The position numbers and the translations under genes were made by a program. A stretch of 62,514 nucleotides of DNA, counting the filler, from Deltaproteobacteria bacterium (GTDB lineage Bacteria; JAEEML01), in the NCBI GenBank assembly GCA_016283195.1. It is 3 parts of 3 records of this genome, joined end to end, with 100 filler letters (N's around TTAATTAATTAA, not from the genome) between each part and the next. Parts side by side here need not be neighbours in the genome. Positions count along the whole stretch, not along the records: positions 1 to 10,708 come from JAEEML010000075.1; positions 10,809 to 33,875 come from JAEEML010000011.1; 1 more part is not named here. The stretch is one strand, 5' to 3'. The notes below the pieces were generated by a model. That model was given only the letters and a program-made list of their open reading frames with translations, made no database searches and was not told the DNA's origin. Positions 10,201 through 18,089 of the stretch are shown here, piece after piece (the first letter of the stretch is position 1; the number at the start of each line of letters is the position of its first letter).

Positions 10201-10707
10201 ACACTTACCGGTCCCATCACATAATGTGGTACAGGTGCCATTGGCATCATCTGGTAGCCCTGAATCTATCGGTGAACAGGTTCCGCTTTGGCAAGTCATG
10301 CATTGACCGGTGCAGGTTGTATTACAGCAGTGACCTAAAACACAATAGTGATTGTCTAAGCACATTGAACTCTCAGAGTCATTAGTGTTCTTTAAATAGG
10401 ATTTACTGCATTCAGCACCGTCATTTTCTTTAGGTAAACACTTTCCTGAAGAAGCACAATAATACCCATTAATGCAATCATTGTTTTCAACGCAGCTATC
10501 CTTAAAGGCATTATGGGCACTATTACATTTAAGATGATTTGGAGAATCAGTTGTGTGGCTAACTTCACAGCTACCGTCACTTCCGGTGCACTTAAAGATG
10601 GTTAGTGTTGAAGTATCCTGGCCGTCAGCACAAGTGTTAGTACAACTTTCTGTTGCACAACAATGGCTATCTACACAGTATCCGCTTAGACATTGTGTGC
10701 CTGAAGT
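7219..10707 (-). CDS. Giant Cys-rich repeat surface protein (5'-partial, over 1160 aa)
   Basis: The frame stays open upstream of the ORF-track start (10365) up to the gap (TSGTQCLSGYCVDSHCC...); repeated CxDGYYC and CxSGxCVDGVCC modules. Confidence 0.85.
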   Translation of the reverse strand, partial: TSGTQCLSGYCVDSHCCATESCTNTCADGQDTSTLTIFKCTGSDGSCEVSHTTDSPNHLKCNSAHNAFKDSCVENNDCINGYYCASSGKCLPKENDGAECSKSYLKNTNDSESSMCLDNHYCVLGHCCNTTCTGQCMTCQSGTCSPIDSGLPDDANGTCTTLCDGTGKCVTDNGSECSSPTTCLSGNCLNNHCCQQASCPTQCVGSTLQHQSCTGEGGTCVNSTSNPCPDNLKCKTDASDCLPSCRADTDCVDGYYCKSSKCVKLKSFGDRCEAANECPSNSFCVDGVCCKTACNQKDSCVNGELTQYVCNNSGVCTEQRPQSCNGYACQDTESCRTNCEYDSDCAGGYYCSDSQCTSKRPDGVFVGIGATNDMCQHNNVSADGYCCATACGECHTCASGTCTQVADYTHSNTCQENQICKDGACKLANGEGCNGSNELCASGICEDDFCCATTCPDSCTGGKQTTSTCTASGYCNSQETDCSPYTCNADSTACITATTKCTKNSECANGYYCNASGKCVQKLASSASKQCAVNMLKNQADGIDSICKDGHCVDGYCCNTACNTTCYSCDLGTCTQVKNNTDDTCVAPRKCNASGNCLLPNNQQCSVDGDCSSGHCDHGYCVASACGKCKQGSSSGCTNTPSGFNNGCSTGSLCDGNGACKKINGQSGCTNGNDCLSGKCSDGYCTDTDCGTCQVGNNSGTCSNVTSGQQGRNCNTSGKVCDGAGACKNANGQTASNASDCASGFLVGGICCATACNDAPTCSGNSQVVPICTGGTCSTSTVSCGTNSCSNNTLTSHTCSGGNCITSTDDCSGYTCMNSSTCNTSCSSNSQCADGYYCKKSGSNGVCSPKEGIGISCSSSLLKEPTDNINAICESGYCANGVCCNSACNTQPSCSGNLAISFKCNTTGHSGICTALSVDCQNYKCDNNGCKTNCSSNNDCATGYYCNSSRSCVAQKALGASCSDSDLRNGSDGAGTVCQSSNCVDGVCCSSASCPNAECSGTSSLQVTYSCNADDTHKGNCWPAATDCGTTTCSNGVLNMRGCNAGSCFSTYTVCTDNMACADSSSCKTGSCGNDDDCMPGFYCDANTCRQKNSTNVACPGNEYCLSNSCNTTCTPVDCSDCTNYTNFYCESNKCALRLPSGSSCDNPTDCLSGECINGHCT

Positions 10708-10708
10708 G

Positions 10709-10808
10709 NNNNNNNNNNNNNNNNNNNNNNNNNNNNNNNNNNNNNNNNNNNNTTAATTAATTAANNNNNNNNNNNNNNNNNNNNNNNNNNNNNNNNNNNN
10801 NNNNNNNN
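10709..10808. other. Artificial contig spacer
   Basis: N44 + TTAATTAATTAA (stop codons in all six frames) + N44. Confidence 0.97.
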
Positions 10809-11216
10809 AGCGGCCTGGCTATTTCGCTGGCCTGTGAAGAATATGTGGAGCATTTAGAGGAAATAGAGCAATACATAAAGATGAAAATTCCGGTTGCTTT
10901 TGCCGAAGATGAGCTCTATCTAACTGATATTACAGCCGGAAAGAGTGCACCGCCCAAACCTTTTGACAACCACCGCACTCATGGTCCGCGTCATTCAGAG
11001 CGAAAAGTTCACCACCTGCCCAAAGGGCCTAAAAAAGCGCAGGCAGAAACTGAATTGCCGGTTCAAAATAGTGAAAATACCGAGAAAAATGCTAAGCCAT
11101 CTAAGGCAAAGAATCGTTATTTGCGGCACCGCCGCCCGCCAACTGCCGGAGAGCGCATGGCAGCTATCCGCAAGCATCAGCAAAAAAAACATGACACTCT
11201 ATCAACTGGGGCCTGA
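10809..11216 (+). CDS. rhlB: C-terminal end of an RhlB-like DEAD-box RNA helicase (5'-partial)
   Basis: In-frame [29 protein letters not shown] resembles the RhlB C-terminal motif ISLACEEY; basic disordered tail follows. Confidence 0.7.
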   Translation, partial: SGLAISLACEEYVEHLEEIEQYIKMKIPVAFAEDELYLTDITAGKSAPPKPFDNHRTHGPRHSERKVHHLPKGPKKAQAETELPVQNSENTEKNAKPSKAKNRYLRHRRPPTAGERMAAIRKHQQKKHDTLSTGA

Positions 11217-11913
11217 GCCTTTTTTCCCACCGGCTACCCTGGCCGATAAAAACGGGCTTTTAGCCATAGGCGGCGATCTCTCGCCTGAGCGGCTGATAAT
11301 AGCCTATATGAATGGCATTTTTCCCTGGTTTTCCGAGGGTGATCCGCTGCTCTGGTGGGCACCAAATCCGCGTTTTGTGCTTTTTACAAAAGAGCTGCAT
11401 ATCAGCAAATCACTAGCCAAAGTTTTGCGACATGAGCTCTATGATGTAACCTTTGACAAGGCTTTTCCGCAAGTTATTGCCGCTTGTGCTGCCACTCCCC
11501 GTCCCGGCCAAGATGGGACTTGGATTACCCCTGAGATGCAAAAGGCCTATATCAACCTGCACCACCTGGGCATTGCCCACAGTGCGGAAAGCTGGCAAAA
11601 CGGCCAACTGCTGGGCGGGCTTTACGGCTTGCAACTGGGCAAAGTTTTCTTTGGTGAATCCATGTTTTCGCACGCGCCAAATAGCTCAAAGGCGGCTTTT
11701 GCCACCTTGGTACCGCTTTTACGCGAGCAAGGGGTGCAACTCATCGACTGTCAGATGGAAACTGCCTACCTGGCCTCATTTGGCGCCAAAATGATTTCTA
11801 TCAAAGAATTTCTCGCCTATTTGCAAAGCGCTGTCCGGCCATATATGGCTGGTATTGCCAACTACTCTTGGCCTCATCTCGATAATCTTGATAAAAAAGC
11901 TACCCACAATTAA
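11191..11913 (+). CDS. aat: Leucyl/phenylalanyl-tRNA--protein transferase
   Basis: [47 protein letters not shown] and LIDCQ motifs. Confidence 0.93.
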   Translation: MTLYQLGPEPFFPPATLADKNGLLAIGGDLSPERLIIAYMNGIFPWFSEGDPLLWWAPNPRFVLFTKELHISKSLAKVLRHELYDVTFDKAFPQVIAACAATPRPGQDGTWITPEMQKAYINLHHLGIAHSAESWQNGQLLGGLYGLQLGKVFFGESMFSHAPNSSKAAFATLVPLLREQGVQLIDCQMETAYLASFGAKMISIKEFLAYLQSAVRPYMAGIANYSWPHLDNLDKKATHN

Positions 11914-12000
11914 GGCTTTTAGTGTATAAGAAGCGAGGCTCTTTGGAGCCTGGTTTTTCTTGTGTTAAGGTTTTAAAACTTTTACATAAAGGAGTAAAAA

Positions 12001-12513
12001 ATGGCCGACACCACAGTATCAAAAGTTCAAGGAAGACAAGGCGTTAGCAACGACTATGATTTCACCAAAGAAATGGAAGGAGCTAAAGCCGGCGAGGTTC
12101 GCGGTTTTGAAAATCCCGACGGCACCAAAGCTTATGTCCTCCGCACTGATGGCAACACATCGTGCAAAGACTTTGCCGATTACGTCTTCAACAAGCGTGA
12201 AGGCGGCGAACTTGATGGCAATCAGCTGCGCAATGTAGCCATTGCGCTGGCCAAACAAAATGGCCTGGGCAATATCGACCCTGATGACCATGTGCCGGCT
12301 AATCGCGACCTCGTTTGCCAATTGCGCGATTTTGCCAAACTGGTAAACAGCAATGCCGATGCCAAAGCCGAAATCCGCAGCTCCGGGCGCTCTTCTTCCG
12401 GCAGCGGCTTTGGGGCTATCTCCGGCGGCGGCAATATGGATGTCGGCACTAAAAAAGTGCTCGGCTATGCTCCTCCCTCCGGCGGCATGGGCGGTGGCCT
12501 CGACATCGACTAA
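12001..12513 (+). CDS. Hypothetical protein, possibly with a degenerate LysM-like segment
   Basis: Strong AAGGAG RBS; ALAKQNGLGNIDPDDHVPANRDL loosely resembles LysM; Gly/Ser-rich tail. Confidence 0.6.
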   Translation: MADTTVSKVQGRQGVSNDYDFTKEMEGAKAGEVRGFENPDGTKAYVLRTDGNTSCKDFADYVFNKREGGELDGNQLRNVAIALAKQNGLGNIDPDDHVPANRDLVCQLRDFAKLVNSNADAKAEIRSSGRSSSGSGFGAISGGGNMDVGTKKVLGYAPPSGGMGGGLDID

Positions 12514-12582
12514 GCACAAAACATCCCTCTACTTCCGTTGTCACTCAGTTCCAAAAAAACGTATGAAAACTCAAACAGATTG

Positions 12583-12647
12583 GCTCTCTCTATTTATGAA
12601 AATGGAGAGGGCGATATGCCATAATTTCCGCTACTTGTGGGGTGAGG
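12583..12647 (+). repeat. REP-like palindromic element, copy A
   Basis: 65-bp ungapped match (10 mismatches by hand) to the reverse complement of 61737-61801; contains a CTCTCTATTT/AAATGGAGAG hairpin. Confidence 0.85.
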
Positions 12648-12659
12648 TGTAAGCTAAAT

Positions 12660-13613
12660 TTATTTAAGAACTTTGCCGGTTATATCTTGGCGCATACCAG
12701 CAAGAAACATCCCAGCGGAAACACTGTTGCGCCCTTCCCTTTGCAACTCTTTTATCTCTAAAAAGCCGTCGCCAGTTGCCACATAGAGATGGCGATTTTC
12801 CGTAAAAAGCGCCCCGGGAATACGCGGCCAATTGCGCGCTTCGCTCATAGGAAGCACTTGGTGAATCATAAGGCGGGCGCCTTCAAACATGGCAAAAGTG
12901 CCCGGCCAACTGGCAAGTGCCCGCACCTGACGCATAATATAAGCAGAGTTTTGCGTAAAATCGATATGGCCATCGGCCTTAGTGAGCATAGCGGCATAAG
13001 TAACTTGGCTTTCATCCTGCTTGGTCCAGCTGGCCGAACCGGCTATTATCTCTTTAATGGCGGTAAGCGCAAGGCGGGCACCCATTTCTGCTAGCCTGGC
13101 CGTCAAAACCGGCAAGGTATCTTCCGCGGAAATAGGTGTTTTCTCTTGCAACATATAATCGCCGGCATCAAGGGCCTTTACTACTTTCATAATTGAAACG
13201 CCCGTCTCCTCATCACCGGCCCAAATAGAGCGGGCTATAGGTGCCGCCCCGCGCCATCTGGGCAAAAGCGAGGCATGGACATTTATTGTCTCATATTTGG
13301 CTATGGCAATAAGTGAAGGCGGGATTATCTGCCCATAAGCAGCCACCACCGATATATCTGGCTCAAGAGCCGTCAGTGCTTCCCGGAGTTCTATATTTTT
13401 GCGCACATGTTCCGGCTGAAAAATAGCTTTTACGCCATGATTTAAAGCCAAAACTTTCACCGGCGGCGGAGTAAGCTTTTTGCCGCGCCCGGCCATTTTA
13501 TCAGGCTGGGTGACCACCCCGACAACCGTAATATTTTCGGATGCGATTAAGGCTTCCAAAACCGGCACGGCAAAATCCGGCGTACCCCAAAAAAGGACTT
13601 TTACGCTACTCAT
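12660..13613 (-). CDS. fmt: Methionyl-tRNA formyltransferase
   Basis: GTPDFAV, VVTQPD, VAAYGQII, NVHASLLPRWRGAAPI and LDAGD motifs. Confidence 0.96.
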   Translation of the reverse strand: MSSVKVLFWGTPDFAVPVLEALIASENITVVGVVTQPDKMAGRGKKLTPPPVKVLALNHGVKAIFQPEHVRKNIELREALTALEPDISVVAAYGQIIPPSLIAIAKYETINVHASLLPRWRGAAPIARSIWAGDEETGVSIMKVVKALDAGDYMLQEKTPISAEDTLPVLTARLAEMGARLALTAIKEIIAGSASWTKQDESQVTYAAMLTKADGHIDFTQNSAYIMRQVRALASWPGTFAMFEGARLMIHQVLPMSEARNWPRIPGALFTENRHLYVATGDGFLEIKELQREGRNSVSAGMFLAGMRQDITGKVLK

Positions 13614-13639
13614 ATTGCACCATAATTTAAGGAAATATT

Positions 13640-14191
13640 TTATTCTTCTGCTTTACGTTTACGCAGACGGCGAATAACAGCCGCCATCTTTAAACGGGGC
13701 ATATAATTAACCAAGGTAAGCCCTTTTAAATGATCGAGTTCATGCTGAATACAAACGGCAAAAAACCCGGTGGCGTCAATGGTTATCGGCTCACCCTCAA
13801 CATTTTGGGCTTTTACCAAGACATGCTCTGCCCGTTTTACTTCCCAAGAAACACCGGGCAAAGAAAGACAGCCTTCTTCAAAAGAAATAGCGCCGCTCTT
13901 TTCCACTATTTGCGGATTCACTAAAACAAGCGGGCCGGTATAACCGCCGGCTTTTTGCTCTTCAAACCATTCCTTGTCTTCATCGCTTTTAATTCCGCCG
14001 GGAAAAAGGTCAATAACTACAAGCTGTTTGCTAACACCAACCTGCGGAGCCGCCAAACCGACACCGGGAGCAGCATAGAGCGTCTCAAACATATCAGAGA
14101 CCATTTCTTTCAGCTTTTCATCAAAGACAGTCACTGGCTCGGCCTGAGCAGAAAGGACAGGATCCGGCAAAGTTACAATATTAAGCAGCAT
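13640..14191 (-). CDS. def: Peptide deformylase
   Basis: GVGLAAPQVG, EGCLS and QHELDHLKG motifs; upstream of fmt. Confidence 0.96.
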   Translation of the reverse strand: MLLNIVTLPDPVLSAQAEPVTVFDEKLKEMVSDMFETLYAAPGVGLAAPQVGVSKQLVVIDLFPGGIKSDEDKEWFEEQKAGGYTGPLVLVNPQIVEKSGAISFEEGCLSLPGVSWEVKRAEHVLVKAQNVEGEPITIDATGFFAVCIQHELDHLKGLTLVNYMPRLKMAAVIRRLRKRKAEE

Positions 14192-14229
14192 AATTATCCT
14201 CTGGCAAGGTTATTAAATGTGGAGAGCTA

Positions 14230-14571
14230 TTAAGTGGTGCTATCGGTATTGCCGTCTGTTTCATAGCAATATGTCGCGTCTCCACCCTTGGGACTGGCCT
14301 TACAAGCATAACCGTATGAGCAATCATTGGCCGCTTTGCAAGGTTTGCGGCAGAGTCCGATACGCTGATTACCGGCTTGCAAAGGCTCTTTGCTCTTGGA
14401 GCCAACGGTACTGGATGGAGTATATACTGTTTCTTCCAAGCAGACATAACCATCGTAGCAATCCGGCTTATCGGATTCAACTTCGCAATAATAGGCCACA
14501 TTTTCGTTGCAACCGGTGGCAAACGTCATGGTTCCGGCCAAAATTCCCATTAAAAACAACGCACGTTTCAT
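14230..14571 (-). CDS. Small Cys-rich lipoprotein
   Basis: Lipobox FATG-C; eight further Cys; GGAG RBS. Confidence 0.7.
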   Translation of the reverse strand: MKRALFLMGILAGTMTFATGCNENVAYYCEVESDKPDCYDGYVCLEETVYTPSSTVGSKSKEPLQAGNQRIGLCRKPCKAANDCSYGYACKASPKGGDATYCYETDGNTDSTT

Positions 14572-14651
14572 TTAAGCTCCTTTCAGAACAACTGCGTTCA
14601 GAAAAGCAACGGCCACATCTTAATGGAAAGCCGCGTCAATTTCAAATAATA

Positions 14652-16736
14652 TCAATCAAAGAAATAATAGTTTATCGTAGCAGCCAAAGCACTGCTCTCA
14701 AAACTGGGCATAATCATTAGCCCGGGAGCACTTTGAGCCCCTGAGCCGCTGTATAAAAGCAACATAGCCGGCCGCGTAACAGATTTCGCCTCGCCATTAG
14801 GTATATCCAAAAGCGTACCAACCTCCAATTTTACCGGCCGCGTACCCACAGTTGGCAGGCTGGTTGTATTAAAATAGGCGGCCTGCATAGGCGTATAATA
14901 ATCAAATACTGAGAATAATTGGCTTTCACCGCGAGCACAAGAATCGTTTTGGCAAGCAGACTTTTTAACGGCAAAACGAATTCCTGCCCCTTTGGCTGCC
15001 GTTCCGCCCGGGCCGAAAGTATCACCGGCTCTAAGACGCGCCTGCCTTGTGGGGTCGGAAATAGAAGCGGCCGGTTTGGCCAAAACCAAGAAAGAATCCT
15101 TGGCTCTTATTTCAAAATCAAAGCCTTTGACGGCGTCAAAACAGGCGCCGTTTATGGGGGGCTCGGTAACAAAATGGCCTTTCTGCTCCTCCGAAACCAG
15201 GGTAAAAGTCCGCTTACCATATTCTGTCGCCCCGCCGTAAAGAGCCCGGCATTCGGCCGGGTTACCGTCCGGCTGAGTTAAAATCACCACTTCATCGCCG
15301 GCCCAACCTTTATCGGCTTTGGTTCGCACCATGTAACTGCTGCTGCTGAAGGCGGCATAGTCCACCCAAAAACGGCCGTTCTCATCAACCTGGCCCCGGC
15401 CCAAAGCACCGCTGCCTAAAGTGACATCGGCTTCATAAATAATTTCATATTCGGTATTTGCGCTAATATTGCGGTAACCGTGAAAAACCCGGACACCGGT
15501 ATCGTTATAGCAAATACCCAATTTATCTTCGTCAGAGCAGCTATCGAGCCACCAAGAAGTTCCATCAATATTTTCGGATATTTTGGTGGAAGAACGCGGA
15601 TAACAGAAGTTAACATCAACCATTTTATAGGCAATTTCACCATCGCTGGCCGCATCATCCTGCACATAATAGTAGGTCGAGCCCTTCAAAGTAGCGGCAA
15701 CCAGGTAATTTTTATATCCTTTAGTTACTGTTACGCCATTTGAGGTTTCGCCGAGACAATTAACTTGCAAAGTCGGCTCGCTGACGAAAGTAAGCCGCCA
15801 GGGAATATCGCGCATAAAAAGATCAACTGTATCACTGCCGGCATCCGGCGCTTGGTATATATCGTGATTTTTTACATGAGCGGGATTTAAAGTTGCGGCA
15901 TCGCTATAAACGGCAATGCGCCGCCTAGCAGCATGAGCAACAAAAAGCAAATTACCATCTGGGGAAAGCGCTATATCCTGCTGGCTCTCGCCAACATCAA
16001 AGTAGTTAATTTCACCACTTTCAAGGTCAAGACGCAAAAGTTCGGTGCCACTGTTTTGCGCCACCCAAAGCTGCCTTTGGGCCGGCACATAATGGCCATG
16101 CACAGGAGCCGGGCCGGCCGGATAAACATTCTCTATAGTAATCTCCGGATGCTCAATTTTGTCATCGGCCGAAAGTACATAGTGCAAGCTAAAATAAACT
16201 AAAGACTTAGATGTTAAAGCCATAAAAGTATCGCAGTGCAGGCCGCAACTATCTATCGGCAAGAGCTGAAAGAGAGCGCTGTCGGCGGCAGCTATTCTAA
16301 AAGCCATTAGGGCCTCAGGATTATTGCTGTCCGGCACCATTTCCAGCTCTGCCGTATCCAGTAACTGAATAGAACCAAGCTCCGCCGAGGCCACCAGGAG
16401 TAAACGTCCATCGCTGCTGGTGGCCAGAGCCACCGGGGCCGGGCCGGCTGGAATCATAATAGGAAAATAAAAAACCGGGCTCCAGACATACTCAATATCG
16501 TTATATGGGCGGGCGGTATCAAGAGCTGTCACAAAATCCCGGGCCGAATCGGCGATAAAAAGATATTCCGGTTTGCCGGCAGGTAAGCCCGGGCCGCTTT
16601 GCACAAAATCACTCGGCCGCTGCAAAGTGGTGGTATTGGGTTTGGTATCGTCGCAAGCTTCCGCCAAAAATCCAAGCAGCAGCAGAGCAAAAAGCTGCTT
16701 AATTATCACGTTTGGCAATTTTATGCGTGCCATCAT
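14652..16736 (-). CDS. Lipoprotein, probable YncE-like beta-propeller plus C-terminal domain
   Basis: Lipobox LAEA-C; blade-like motifs PVALATSSDGRLLLVA and DIALSPDGNLLFVA. Confidence 0.65.
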   Translation of the reverse strand: MMARIKLPNVIIKQLFALLLLGFLAEACDDTKPNTTTLQRPSDFVQSGPGLPAGKPEYLFIADSARDFVTALDTARPYNDIEYVWSPVFYFPIMIPAGPAPVALATSSDGRLLLVASAELGSIQLLDTAELEMVPDSNNPEALMAFRIAAADSALFQLLPIDSCGLHCDTFMALTSKSLVYFSLHYVLSADDKIEHPEITIENVYPAGPAPVHGHYVPAQRQLWVAQNSGTELLRLDLESGEINYFDVGESQQDIALSPDGNLLFVAHAARRRIAVYSDAATLNPAHVKNHDIYQAPDAGSDTVDLFMRDIPWRLTFVSEPTLQVNCLGETSNGVTVTKGYKNYLVAATLKGSTYYYVQDDAASDGEIAYKMVDVNFCYPRSSTKISENIDGTSWWLDSCSDEDKLGICYNDTGVRVFHGYRNISANTEYEIIYEADVTLGSGALGRGQVDENGRFWVDYAAFSSSSYMVRTKADKGWAGDEVVILTQPDGNPAECRALYGGATEYGKRTFTLVSEEQKGHFVTEPPINGACFDAVKGFDFEIRAKDSFLVLAKPAASISDPTRQARLRAGDTFGPGGTAAKGAGIRFAVKKSACQNDSCARGESQLFSVFDYYTPMQAAYFNTTSLPTVGTRPVKLEVGTLLDIPNGEAKSVTRPAMLLLYSGSGAQSAPGLMIMPSFESSALAATINYYFFD

Positions 16737-17937
16737 TTAACCTCTGTTTTAAAGAAAATTCGCTGACAGAATCGGCAGAAAGGTCATAAATAGCCAGTCC
16801 ATGACTATAGAACTCGGTGACCAAAAGCCAATCGGTACCATCGCCACCTTTGACAAGAGCCATGGAAAACGGGCCGCCTTCGGTAGGAATACGCCCCAGC
16901 AAAAGACCGGTAGAAACCGAAAAAACTTCAATTATATCGGTATCAATAATAGAAACCAAAGCCAGTTTGCCCAGGAGCTTATGATCGTAAATCACCAAAT
17001 CGGCAGATTCACCTTCAAGAGCGGTACTCCAACGCACAGCGCCGTATGGTCTATCGCGATCTTTAATATCCAAATCAACAAGCACCAAAGTATGGGGGAA
17101 AGTATTGCTTAAAAGCAAGGTTTTATCATCTACTTTAGCCATGGCATTGATTGAAGACCCGGCAAATTGTGTATAAATATCAATATATTTTAGAGATAGC
17201 GGTGGTTTTATTGTTGAAGTTACAAAAAGACGCGAGCTGTAACCGTCACTATATTGGCTGGCGCCGATAAGTTGTGAGGTGCCATCAAGCCACATGAGCT
17301 CGGCTATCCCGCCTTTGGGGCCATGATAGCCACTTCCGGCTGTAAGCTCAAAAGTATCTTTCGGCCATGTTAGCGGCAACAGGGAAGAATAGCCCAAAGT
17401 ACCTAAAATGAGGTGGTCGGCATCATCATCCCCGGGGACAAAAGAAAGAGCAAAAAAATCATCTAAATCAGCCACATCAACATCAGGCAGAGAAAATTTT
17501 TCCGGCAAAAATTTCTGCGATTTTTCCAAACAATCCTGCCCAGGCACTTTGCAGGAAAGCTTTTTGCCATCGGCCGACACTTCAATGGGCAAAAGAGAGG
17601 CGGCACCGCGAATAGGTAAAACTGCCCGTCGGCCATCAGGGCGCATACTGAATTGCCCGCCAAAACTATCAACACGGAGAGAACCGTCCTCATAAATAGC
17701 GGCTTTGCCATCACCGTCTTTGCTTAGCTTAGTGAGGTCGATAACCAAAAGGCTACCGGAAGTATATTGCAAATCAAAGTTGGCATTAACCAAATATGCC
17801 AGCCCGCGATTTTGCGGATCGGCAAGTACATAAGCCGGATAATAAACAGTATTCAGGGGTATCTTAACACCTGCTGTCTCGTTGCAGGCAGTAAGCCCCG
17901 CCAAGAGAAATAAAAAGGTCATATATTTTAAACGCAC
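16699..17937 (-). CDS. Lipoprotein, probable beta-propeller
   Basis: GGAGG RBS with GTG start; lipobox LTA-C; YLVNANFDLQYTSGSL and IPTEGGPFSMAL blade motifs; overlaps the next gene. Confidence 0.65.
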   Translation of the reverse strand: MRLKYMTFLFLLAGLTACNETAGVKIPLNTVYYPAYVLADPQNRGLAYLVNANFDLQYTSGSLLVIDLTKLSKDGDGKAAIYEDGSLRVDSFGGQFSMRPDGRRAVLPIRGAASLLPIEVSADGKKLSCKVPGQDCLEKSQKFLPEKFSLPDVDVADLDDFFALSFVPGDDDADHLILGTLGYSSLLPLTWPKDTFELTAGSGYHGPKGGIAELMWLDGTSQLIGASQYSDGYSSRLFVTSTIKPPLSLKYIDIYTQFAGSSINAMAKVDDKTLLLSNTFPHTLVLVDLDIKDRDRPYGAVRWSTALEGESADLVIYDHKLLGKLALVSIIDTDIIEVFSVSTGLLLGRIPTEGGPFSMALVKGGDGTDWLLVTEFYSHGLAIYDLSADSVSEFSLKQRLNDGTHKIAKRDN

Positions 17938-18089
17938 AAAAGCCTCCAAAGTAATCAGGCTCAAAAGCCGCGGCTAAATTATTTTAAAGTGCGGGGCGCG
18001 TCAATGGTTCCATTGAAAAGTGATTGAACTTTTCTTCTAACTTCAATTATAAAAGAAGCTGGGTTTGCATTCTGCTAGAGGAGGTAAAG

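Noticed and set aside
10709-10808. TTAATTAATTAA palindrome inside N runs (also 33876-33975)
   Set aside because: Identical 100-nt construct at both sites with six-frame stops; an assembly linker, not biology.
10945-11190. N-terminal extension of aat in the ORF track
   Set aside because: Overlaps the helicase tail; Aat similarity starts at ATG 11191.
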